Shown in pieces: positions 18,953 through 27,346 of a stretch of DNA of 37,612 nt (positions within the stretch are counted from its first letter, which is position 1; every line of letters begins with the position of its first letter). This DNA is from an uncultured Candidatus Saccharibacteria bacterium (GTDB lineage: Bacteria > Patescibacteriota > Andersenbacteria > UBA10190), in NCBI GenBank assembly GCA_964371255.1, contig CAYJKV010000004.1:1-37612 (forward strand), given 5' to 3'. Made by a program: the position numbers and the translations under genes. Under the pieces are notes generated by a model that had not been told where the DNA came from, ran no database searches, and saw only the letters and a program-made list of their open reading frames with translations.

Positions 18953-19148
18953 AAAATGGAAGAATAGGATAATGCAGGTGGTCTGTCGAACCCAGTTGGC
19001 GCAGAAGGGTTTTAGCCTTGCATATTTAAAAAACTAATCTATAGTGGAGGATAAGTTTAAGCGAGAGAAAAAATGGGTGGAGGGATTGCTTTTAGAAAAG
19101 CACCTCCATTTTTATTTTTAATACCGGGCATTAAATAAACAGATCAAT

Positions 19149-20126
19149 ATGAAGCGAGCATTGGTGACAGGCGGGGCAGGGTTTATCGGTTCTCATATGT
19201 GTGCCTTGCTAGTGGAGAAAGGATACCAGGTAACTTGTCTGGATAATTTTAGTACAGGGACAAAAGCCAATGTCGCGGGGCTAAAAGGTATACAGGTGGT
19301 GGAAGGCGATGCCAACGATTGGCTGGTTATGAAACAGCTGAGGGAAACGAAGTTTCACGTTGCTTTTCATTACGCGGCCCAGGTGGGCGTGCAACGTACG
19401 GAGGAGGCGCCGTTGGGGGTGCTGAATGATGTGCTGGGTATGCGTCATCTGGCTCGTCTGGCGAAAGAGGGCGTTATAGGAAAAATCGTTTTTGCGTCGT
19501 CCTCTGAAGTCTATGGCAATCCGCAGCGACTGCCAGAGGATGAAGAGGACGGAATAGTAGGCTGGACGCCGTACACCGCCGTCAAGCTATATGGTGAGCA
19601 TGTATTTGTCTCATTGTGGCAAGAACACAAAATACCCACAGTCAGTCTGCGTTTCTTTAATGTCTACGGGCCAAGGCAGATAGGCACTGCCTACGGTTTT
19701 GTGGTTTCAATTTTTATCAACCAAGCGTTAGCAGGCAAAGAACTAACAATTTATGGTGATGGTGGGCAGACTCGAGACTTTGTGCATGTGGCGGATAATG
19801 TCCGGATGACATTAGCGGCCGCCGAGAGCGAACGGTCCTTTGGTCAGGTGATTAATGTTGGTTCGGGACAAGAGGCCAGTATTCTGGATTTGGCGGTGCT
19901 GGTTAATAGTGTAGCTGGCATAAAAAAAGAGGGAGCATTAAAATTTTTGCCGGCGAGAGCGAGGGAAGTAGGTCGCCGGTGCGCTTCCACCAAAAAGATG
20001 ATGGAATTAGTTGGGGTAAGCAGTGATATTGGTTTGGCAGAAGGAGTTAAGAAAACAATTGCCGCGGGGCAAATGGTAGATACGTGGAAAGGGGAGCCAC
20101 TGCGGATGGCGGCGGTGAAGGCATAG
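19149..20126 (+). CDS. NAD-dependent NDP-sugar epimerase/dehydratase (extended SDR)
   Basis: LVTGGAGFIGSH, ASSSEVYG, YTAVK, LRFFNVYGPRQ, GDGGQTRDF. Confidence 0.93.
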   Translation: MKRALVTGGAGFIGSHMCALLVEKGYQVTCLDNFSTGTKANVAGLKGIQVVEGDANDWLVMKQLRETKFHVAFHYAAQVGVQRTEEAPLGVLNDVLGMRHLARLAKEGVIGKIVFASSSEVYGNPQRLPEDEEDGIVGWTPYTAVKLYGEHVFVSLWQEHKIPTVSLRFFNVYGPRQIGTAYGFVVSIFINQALAGKELTIYGDGGQTRDFVHVADNVRMTLAAAESERSFGQVINVGSGQEASILDLAVLVNSVAGIKKEGALKFLPARAREVGRRCASTKKMMELVGVSSDIGLAEGVKKTIAAGQMVDTWKGEPLRMAAVKA

Positions 20127-20134
20127 GCTAACTG

Positions 20135-21154
20135 TTAATCCAGGAATTGATCAGCACATTCGTTATAGGCGCGAACTTGGACGTTGAATTGATCGGCTAA
20201 TTTTGCTAATTCGTCATTGAGTTGATTGTAGGTGTCGACTTGGCTGTTATAGCTAGCTAATTGTGTCGCTTGCTCTGCGTTTAATTGTTGAGCGGTGTTA
20301 TTGGCGGTAACTGCTTGCCCAACCAGCTCTTGCCCGTCTTGCTGAAGTTGGCGGGCTAGGGTGTAAAGAGAGTCAGTATCAGGCTGGGCGCCTGGGGCGA
20401 GCGGATCACTGCCTGCTTTGATAATGGCGTTGCCTCGACTGATTTTTGCGTTACCTTCGTCAGACAGGCGTGAGGCTTCGGCCAATAAAGCCTCAATTTT
20501 GTCCGTACGTCGCTGGAGTTCTTCCTTGGTATTACTTAGTTGGGCGGAAAATTGTTCTAGGTGAGCGCGCTTAGAATTAAAAGTTTGTTGAAGAGTTGTC
20601 TCGGGTTCGGGACAGGCGCTAACGGGTAAGGAAAAAGTTTGCACGGCGATCCAGGTGGACTGACCGTCAAATTGGCCGGCGGTGGCGGCGATACCGATTT
20701 CAGAAAAACCGCGGCTGAGAATATTGGCCCGATGGCCGGGGCTATCCATCCAGGCTCGGACAAGGTCGGCATCGTCAGTGAAATTGCCTAACGCTAAATT
20801 CTCGCCGACACGCAGGTACTTATAACCAACACGGTCAACGACATCGGCGGGGCCAACGCCATCAGGAGAATCATGATCAAAATATTGTTTGGTAAACATG
20901 TCTTTGAGCTTGTTCTCGGCGGCTAAACTCAGGGTTGGATTCAGAATAAGCGGCGGAAGACTATCAATTTGCCGATGTCGGTTAGTTTCTGACAAGATCC
21001 CGGCTGGCGTGAGGGGGTTGCCGGGATAGTCACTGGATCCTCTAAGTGGGCCTGGCAGGCCACTGTTTTGTCGAAAACTGAGGCGGAGGTAGATAAGGGC
21101 AACTATGAACAAGACAACCAATACGGAAAGGAATATTTTATATAGTCTACGCAT
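20135..21154 (-). CDS. Membrane-anchored CAP (SCP/YkwD-like) domain protein with C-terminal coiled coil
   Basis: TNRHR, QYFDHDSPDG, VGENLALGNF, AWMDSPGHRANIL, EIGI; Q/N-rich heptads. Confidence 0.9.
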   Translation of the reverse strand: MRRLYKIFLSVLVVLFIVALIYLRLSFRQNSGLPGPLRGSSDYPGNPLTPAGILSETNRHRQIDSLPPLILNPTLSLAAENKLKDMFTKQYFDHDSPDGVGPADVVDRVGYKYLRVGENLALGNFTDDADLVRAWMDSPGHRANILSRGFSEIGIAATAGQFDGQSTWIAVQTFSLPVSACPEPETTLQQTFNSKRAHLEQFSAQLSNTKEELQRRTDKIEALLAEASRLSDEGNAKISRGNAIIKAGSDPLAPGAQPDTDSLYTLARQLQQDGQELVGQAVTANNTAQQLNAEQATQLASYNSQVDTYNQLNDELAKLADQFNVQVRAYNECADQFLD

Positions 21155-21356
21155 GGATAGGTGAAGGATCAAAAGATGGCGAAAATGGTTATGTTCTATC
21201 GAAGGGAGAAAAATTGTGGGTATGATTTAGTCGAGTTTATAATAATAAACTTAACATATACCTAACAAAAAGGCGGGGTTAAAACATGAGATGAGTGAGA
21301 TGGGGCCTTGGTTGGATTGGAAAACTTATTAGATAATCAACCGAGCCAGCTCAACA

Positions 21357-21589
21357 ATGCATTTGCGGGTTGCGGGAACGCGCGAGGAAAGCCAAGAGAC
21401 TAAGGAAAAGAATTTTTATAGCCGGGGGAGATCCGGCAGGGGTAGTTTGAGAGAGTGGTGCGGTTGCCAGCAATGGCGGAGCAGGAGTCGGCGGAGGCTG
21501 ACTTGACGGAAGGGGTCTTGAAAATATCAATGACAAGATCGACTGATAAGGCAGCTGATAAAGTCAAAGTAAAAATTAATAAAAAATAA
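21357..21589 (+). pseudogene. Hsp20/alpha-crystallin small heat-shock protein remnant (absent from the ORF track)
   Basis: Frame A: HLRVAGTREESQETKEKNFYSR; after a frameshift at about 21423-21448 frame B: EIRQG*FERVVRLPAMAEQESAEADLTEGVLKISM..KVKINKK*; N-terminal half missing. Confidence 0.8.
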
Positions 21590-21608
21590 TAGGCGGTAGA
21601 AAAAGATT

Positions 21609-21640
21609 AGCACCGGCTGGTGAGCCGGCGCTATGTTTTG
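21609..21640 (+). terminator. Hairpin after the Hsp20 remnant
   Basis: AGCACCGGCT-GGTG-AGCCGGCGCT followed by ATGTTTT. Confidence 0.5.
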
Positions 21641-21780
21641 CTTAAAAAACGTGAATACCTAATATTATGACATTACATAATATCGTAATGAAAGGTAGGA
21701 GGTGTAGTTGAGGCAGGGACGTATGATGTGATGGTTTTTTATTAGTTTTGGTAGTGTGGAAAACTTTGTTATGAGCAGAG

Positions 21781-21789
21781 TGATATAAT
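21781..21789 (+). promoter_or_regulatory. Extended -10 promoter candidate for the SipW operon
   Basis: TGATATAAT (TGnTATAAT) about 180 nt upstream of 21970. Confidence 0.5.
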
Positions 21790-21969
21790 TTAGGCAGAGT
21801 AGCGGAGGGGAGGGGGATACTCCTTTAATTTCCTGGTGGTTGCTGACCGGTGCTAATCCGGCTCAAGCCAAGAACACTAACATCCGACACAAAACGCAGA
21901 GCTTATCTGTGTTTTTCGTATGTCTGGGTGTTGATCGGGAAAGAAGATAATTGAAAGGAGGTGGAAAAT

Positions 21970-22584
21970 ATGAATATAAAAATAATTAAAAGCACCATCA
22001 CGTTGGTGGCGGTCTTAGTGTTAGGCGCCGGCGTGACGTACGCACAACTGACTTCGAATGAAGTGACTATTGGGACTTCCGCAATGACGAGCGGTGAGTC
22101 GGCTTTAAAGTTGTGTAATGACACTGGCGATGATATGTGGAAATTGACGATTAGTCCGGCATTAAGTTTGGCTGGCATGGTGCCAGGAGAGGCGGAACGA
22201 GAGCTGACTGAAGGTAAGGATATCTATGCAGGGAATGATGATGGTACTTTAAATGCGAACAGCCTTAATCCAGTTGGTTGTAACGGCTATGGCGACACAG
22301 CGGGAAGCTCGGATGTCAATATGCGGCTGGTACCAAGTATTGAGAATCCGGTGTGTGCAGAGGGTATCTCCCTAACTGACATGACGTTAAGTTTCCAAAT
22401 CGGTGATACTGGTTCAAACCATGCTGATCTTAGTTTCTGGGATAATAACATCACGGCATTCGGAGATACTTTAGCTCCTAGTAATCTAAAAGAAATTAAG
22501 ATCTTCGCAAAATTAAAATCAAATGTGACAAAGCAGAATGCAGCATGCACGTTTGACGTCAAGTTTAGCGGTGAGCAGATATAA
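21970..22584 (+). CDS. TasA/CalY-like secreted protein with SipW-type signal peptide (subunit 1)
   Basis: SD AAAGGAGGTG; signal ..LVLGAGVTYA|QLTSNEVTIG; LAGMVPGE; C-terminal CTFDVKFSGEQ; adjacent to SipW. Confidence 0.8.
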   Translation: MNIKIIKSTITLVAVLVLGAGVTYAQLTSNEVTIGTSAMTSGESALKLCNDTGDDMWKLTISPALSLAGMVPGEAERELTEGKDIYAGNDDGTLNANSLNPVGCNGYGDTAGSSDVNMRLVPSIENPVCAEGISLTDMTLSFQIGDTGSNHADLSFWDNNITAFGDTLAPSNLKEIKIFAKLKSNVTKQNAACTFDVKFSGEQI

Positions 22585-22638
22585 AGTGCCCAAGATCCTG
22601 AAGTTAGATATTAATTCAAGGTAAAGGAGGTGACGTTT

Positions 22639-23274
22639 ATGGACACACGACTTATTAAGAGCTTTGTTGTGCTGGGGCTGGTGGGTGCGTTGGGTGTGGG
22701 TGCGACGTATGCACAATTAACATCTAACACGGTGACTATCTCTGGTAACACCATTAACACCCCGGACGCGAAAATAAAAGTATGTAATAACGCGGTGAGC
22801 AGTGGGGCAGGCTGGGATACCAGCTTGGCTGGTTTTACGGTGAATAACCTAGCACCGGGAGCTTCTACTGAGCTGACGGCAGGGAAGGTGGTGTCGGTAG
22901 GCAATGACGACGGAACGCTGGCAACGGAAGGACAAAATGACGGCGATGCTAACAGCTGCGCCTCTTATACCGCACCAGCGGAAAACTCAGGCGTGGCGCT
23001 GAATATTGTCCCGCAGGTTGTGCAGGCGGGTTGTAATGGAGATTTGGCTAACGATCTGACGTTGACATTCCAGCTGGATAGCGGCACAGAAGTTGCTGAC
23101 ACACTGTTTAACTGGACAACTAATACTACCTCGCTGGGGCCGACTTTGGCACCGGGTGACTTTTATAATCTCACGGTCGATGTTGCCCTGTCGAATGATG
23201 CCACAGATGCTGAGACTAGTTGTACGTTCGATATTAATTTGACTGGGCAGCAGGCACCTCCGCCACCGGTCTAG
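22639..23274 (+). CDS. TasA/CalY-like secreted protein with SipW-type signal peptide (subunit 2)
   Basis: SD AAGGAGGTG; ..LGVGATYA|QLTSNTVTISGN; NNLAPG; GNDDGTL and four Cys shared with 21970; CTFDINLTGQQ. Confidence 0.8.
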   Translation: MDTRLIKSFVVLGLVGALGVGATYAQLTSNTVTISGNTINTPDAKIKVCNNAVSSGAGWDTSLAGFTVNNLAPGASTELTAGKVVSVGNDDGTLATEGQNDGDANSCASYTAPAENSGVALNIVPQVVQAGCNGDLANDLTLTFQLDSGTEVADTLFNWTTNTTSLGPTLAPGDFYNLTVDVALSNDATDAETSCTFDINLTGQQAPPPPV

Positions 23275-23328
23275 TTTCAGTGGTTGCTAAAGTGCTGAAA
23301 AAAAGTTTTTCAGCACTTGGTGGAGCCT

Positions 23329-24762
23329 ATGAATTCTGCACTGCTTAAACGAATTTTCCTAAACGTTCTTAATTGGACAAGTTTTGCTGTATTGGTGCCA
23401 GCGGCAGTGTTAGTCATTGCGTCGCTGGTACCAATCCCGGGAGGATTCAAAGTGTACACGGTCCTGACAGGGAGTATGGAGCCGGCGGTACCGACGGGGG
23501 CCTTGATTTTGACAAGGACGGGAATGCCGGCGGATAAAATATCCACCGGTGATATCGCGACGTTTAAAAGCCCGCGGTCTGACGATGTTCTGATAACACA
23601 TAGAATCGCAGAGGTGATTGGCGAGGGTGAAGGACTAAGGTTTATCACCCGCGGCGATGCCAATGGGGCGGTTGACCCCTGGGAAGTTAGGGCGGGAAAT
23701 ATTGAAGGGATATATCGGCAACACGTACCGTATGTCGGTTTCGCCTTGGAGTTTGCTAAGACGCCAATGGGATTACTGCTGCTGGTTATTTTGCCTACCG
23801 TTTTAATTGCAGCCAGTGAGTTGCGGCAGATTGTGCGTGTCTTGGTAGAACGCCAGCTTAATCAAATCGCGGCTGCCTATGGCTATGATAATTTTACGAG
23901 CCTACTGCAAAACGTCAGTCAAAAGGCAAAGCGTCCCGCGCGCCGGGTGGCGCAGGTATTAAGTCGTCAAGCGAGAGTGACACCAGCCTTTCGGCCAGCG
24001 GTGAGGAACGAGGGGCCCACAGTAATGAGCCGGCGGCTAGACTCGGTCTGGCTTAAACCCACAGTGCGCAAAGTCGAACCGCTAATCATAGTTGCTCCTT
24101 CACGCCATCACTGGCTGGCGGGAGGGTCATTGCTCGTATTGTTGTTATTAGTGGGGACGGTTATGGCTTTATTGGTTTCTAATACGGTGGTATTAGGCAG
24201 TAATGTAGTCATAACAGCGGCCAGGCCGCTTTCGGTTATTCCAGAGGAATGCAGTCATATAGAGTTTGCTGGTGAACCATTGGTTGGTGAGGATAAGAGT
24301 GAGGTGTTGGAGGGAACCGAAGGAAATGATTTGATTATCGGGAATGGCGGGAGCGATAAACTGGAGGGGCTGGGAGGGGATGATTGTCTGGTAGGTGGTG
24401 CAGATAGCGATTCGCTGCGGGGAGGGGATGGTAATGACATTCTTTTGGGAGGAGAGAGTACGGACACACTGCGCGGTGAGGCGGGGGATGATAAATTATA
24501 TGGTGGTGAAGGGACAGATTCTTTGCGTGGAGGCAGCGGCGATGATGAAATGTACGGGGGCGGAGGGAAAGACAGTATCGATGGAGAGGATGGAGACGAC
24601 AGCATGTACGGCGAGAACGACGATGATTCTATTAAGGGAGGCAGCGGCGATGATTATTTAACGGGCGGCGATGGCGTGGATGTGGCACGAGGTGAAGACG
24701 GGGTTGATAACTGCGAGGCGGAAGTTGTTAAGACGTGTGAGGCGGTGCTGGATATTGAGTGA
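23329..24762 (+). CDS. SipW-type (S26B) signal peptidase I fused to an internal signal-like TM and RTX-like Ca-binding repeats
   Basis: VLTGSMEP, ITHRI, FITRGDAN..DP, PYVG; about 12 GGxGxD-type nonapeptides (about 24310-24710). Confidence 0.88.
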   Translation: MNSALLKRIFLNVLNWTSFAVLVPAAVLVIASLVPIPGGFKVYTVLTGSMEPAVPTGALILTRTGMPADKISTGDIATFKSPRSDDVLITHRIAEVIGEGEGLRFITRGDANGAVDPWEVRAGNIEGIYRQHVPYVGFALEFAKTPMGLLLLVILPTVLIAASELRQIVRVLVERQLNQIAAAYGYDNFTSLLQNVSQKAKRPARRVAQVLSRQARVTPAFRPAVRNEGPTVMSRRLDSVWLKPTVRKVEPLIIVAPSRHHWLAGGSLLVLLLLVGTVMALLVSNTVVLGSNVVITAARPLSVIPEECSHIEFAGEPLVGEDKSEVLEGTEGNDLIIGNGGSDKLEGLGGDDCLVGGADSDSLRGGDGNDILLGGESTDTLRGEAGDDKLYGGEGTDSLRGGSGDDEMYGGGGKDSIDGEDGDDSMYGENDDDSIKGGSGDDYLTGGDGVDVARGEDGVDNCEAEVVKTCEAVLDIE

Positions 24763-24987
24763 ATCAAGTAAATCAGCAAACGTAAGTTAACAGGTAAATA
24801 AATTAAATAACGGCTATTGCAAAAAAATTTTCAGCAGGACTGCTTTTTTGTTACTTTCTAGTACCCAAGATATATGTTGTCTGATGGGCGGGTGTGTTAT
24901 GGCTTGAAGTTATTCACAGGCAGGTCATTGCGGTTATGTCGTGTTTCCTTAGACTTATGTAGATATGCAAAAAGGGGGTGAAGGAAT

Positions 24988-25641
24988 ATGTCATTAATTA
25001 ATAGTGGCCGCGGGTGGCTAGTTTTACTAGTTGGAGGTTTGCTGGTGACTGCTTCACCGGCAACAGCCTATGATCGAACTGCTTTGGAACAGCGCTTGGC
25101 GGAGCGGCGGGCGCAAATAGAGGCGCGCCGAGCAGAGCGGGAGGCGGCCAGGGCAGAGCAAGGGAGCGATGAGACTGAACCGGCAGTAGAAGAAACGTGC
25201 CGTTGCACTGCGAAGTTAGGCTTTAGCAAACCCAGTCTACAATGGCGGGATGGAAAATTATTATTTACCCCTAAGGTAGATGTCAGTATTCGCTCGCGTG
25301 GGGAGGAGCGAATAGTGTGGACAGCACGCTTAAGCTTAGAGGGAGTAACCGGGTATAAATCAACGGACGTGACTGTACCAGCTGGTGTTGGTTTTAACGG
25401 CAGTTATGAATTGTTCAGCGGGCAGTGCGGGGATACATATTCTTATAGCGGATGGCAGTTGCCGGCGGTTGAACTGGGTGGATTAACTAGAAATTTGGCA
25501 AAGGGGCAGGAGGTTGATGGGCGGGTGCAGATGCAAGCTTGGCTGACTGGTTGTGGTGAAGATAGTGAAAAGAAAGCGTTTGATTTTACGCTGACTGATT
25601 TCGGCAATATGAAAGTGCGAAGCTGGCGGAACGTAAGATAA
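24988..25641 (+). CDS. Secreted hypothetical protein (signal peptide, charged helix, Cys-containing beta domain)
   Basis: SD-like GGGGGTGA/AAGGA; signal ending SPATA-Y. Confidence 0.75.
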   Translation: MSLINSGRGWLVLLVGGLLVTASPATAYDRTALEQRLAERRAQIEARRAEREAARAEQGSDETEPAVEETCRCTAKLGFSKPSLQWRDGKLLFTPKVDVSIRSRGEERIVWTARLSLEGVTGYKSTDVTVPAGVGFNGSYELFSGQCGDTYSYSGWQLPAVELGGLTRNLAKGQEVDGRVQMQAWLTGCGEDSEKKAFDFTLTDFGNMKVRSWRNVR

Positions 25642-25742
25642 GAAGGCGATTGGAACGCGGTGCAGAGGCAGCAGATGACCGCAAAAAAAGATCTATGTGG
25701 GTGAGTTTAGAAAGGTTCTTTGAGGAAAATGAAGAGCTAGCC

Positions 25743-25780
25743 TGTGGAAAAGTATAGTTATCCACTGTTTTTGTGGATAA
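25743..25780. promoter_or_regulatory. Cluster of three DnaA-box-like 9-mers
   Basis: TGTGGAAAA 25743-25751, TTATCCACT 25758-25766, TGTGGATAA 25772-25780 versus consensus TTWTNCACA. Confidence 0.6.
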
Positions 25781-26026
25781 GTTTGCTTGCTGGCGCTTCT
25801 GAATGTGATACGAAGGTATGAGGTCAAAAAATGTGTTTTTAGAGGGGGTTTTTAAACACTTACGCTGGAGGGGGACCTTACCACTTCTGATTTGATACGT
25901 GTGTTGTCGTACTGGTGGAAGGATACAGGAATAAGTGTTTTTTAATTATCGATACGGTTTATTAGCAGTAAACAGGCGGAGAATATAACGCATGTGTAGA
26001 TTATCTGTGAAAGGAGGTGAGTACAG

Positions 26027-27160
26027 ATGAAGAAAACTCTTCGTGCACTATTAGGCGTGTCTGCACTCGCTCTAATGTTTGTGTCCTCTCCAGTATTAGC
26101 AGCCAGCGTAAACGTAACTGGCGAAAATCTAGTAACCGGAGCCGATTCAGACAATGAGAACGAGTACGATGTAGACAACGACCTAGACGTAGACGTAGAT
26201 AACGACGCAGAAGATATCGACAATATTGCTGACGTTGACGCCAATACAGGCGGCAATGAGCAAGAAAAGAATACGACTGCCGAAAACCAGTTGTCAGGCA
26301 CAGTGGATGTGACTGGCGCATGGGACACGGTTGTGAATGAAGGTGCTTCCTTGATGGGAGCAGCGGAAGGCAACCTCGAGGTTGATGGTGAATTCACCAA
26401 CGACACGACAGGTGCGGATTCTAACAACGAGAACGAGTTAGACGTTGATAACGACGTAGAACTGGACCTCGAAAACATGGCTGATATCTTCAACATGCTT
26501 GATTTTGACGCCGAGACCGGCGACAACGAGCAGAACAAGAACACCACCGCTGGTGATCAAACATCCGGCGATGCGATCTTGTTTACGATGATTGAAAACT
26601 TCGCTAATAACGAAGCCGGCCTGGAAGACGCTACTGGTAATGCGGTAGTAGTCGATGTCGTAGGCGAGAACTCGACAACCGGTGCCGATTCAAACAACGA
26701 GAACGAGTTTGATATCGACAATGATTACGATCTCGAGATCGATAATGATGCCGACGTTGACAACAAAGTTGATGTTGACATTCACACCGGCGGTAACGAG
26801 CAGAACAAAAATACCACAGGTGGAAACCAAACTTCAGGCAATGCCGAAGTTACGGTTGATCTCGTAAATGAAGCGAACAATGGTTCAAGCGTAGCAGGTG
26901 CTGGCTTGAGCGATGTTGAAGTTGGTGGAACATTCTCCAACGACACAACTGGTGCGGATTCTGATAACGAGAATACGCTAGATGTCGAAAACGATGTTGA
27001 TGTAGACGTTGATAACGACGCCGAAATCGACAACGACGTAGATGTCGATGCCAATACCGGTGATAATGAACAGAACAGAAACACCGAGGCAGGCAGCCAA
27101 ACAAGTGGAGACGTAGTGGTGGATATCACTATCTCCAACGCAGCCAACAACAGCAATTAA
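26027..27160 (+). CDS. Secreted, extremely acidic D/N-rich repeat protein (4 x about 85-aa TGADS repeats)
   Basis: SD AAGGAGGTG; signal ending PVLA-A; repeat NxxTGADSxNENExDVDN..DAxTGxNEQNKNTTxGxQTSG. Confidence 0.88.
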   Translation: MKKTLRALLGVSALALMFVSSPVLAASVNVTGENLVTGADSDNENEYDVDNDLDVDVDNDAEDIDNIADVDANTGGNEQEKNTTAENQLSGTVDVTGAWDTVVNEGASLMGAAEGNLEVDGEFTNDTTGADSNNENELDVDNDVELDLENMADIFNMLDFDAETGDNEQNKNTTAGDQTSGDAILFTMIENFANNEAGLEDATGNAVVVDVVGENSTTGADSNNENEFDIDNDYDLEIDNDADVDNKVDVDIHTGGNEQNKNTTGGNQTSGNAEVTVDLVNEANNGSSVAGAGLSDVEVGGTFSNDTTGADSDNENTLDVENDVDVDVDNDAEIDNDVDVDANTGDNEQNRNTEAGSQTSGDVVVDITISNAANNSN

Positions 27161-27180
27161 TTTTACTGTTGTCTTTGTGT

Positions 27181-27276
27181 AGGGGGGATGGTACTTAACC
27201 GTCCTTCCTCATAAGGAAGGGGACAAAAGCCTGGTCCCTCTTATAGACGAAGGGTTCTGGGGATAAGGAGCTCTTT
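27181..27276 (+). promoter_or_regulatory. Three consecutive stem-loops between the two TGADS-repeat genes
   Basis: Stems at 27181-27209, 27211-27244 and 27249-27276, with G-U pairs on the + strand. Confidence 0.5.
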
Positions 27277-27346
27277 GTAGGGAAGAACACCAACAAATCT
27301 AACAATAAATTCGAAGCCAAAGATCCTAAACCATAAACCAAATTAC

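Noticed and set aside
24280-24762. RTX toxin / type I secretion system
   Set aside because: No toxin domain, ABC transporter or HlyD; the repeats follow a TM within SipW.
25743-25780. Replication origin
   Set aside because: No dnaA/dnaN nearby and the + strand stays G-rich on both sides.
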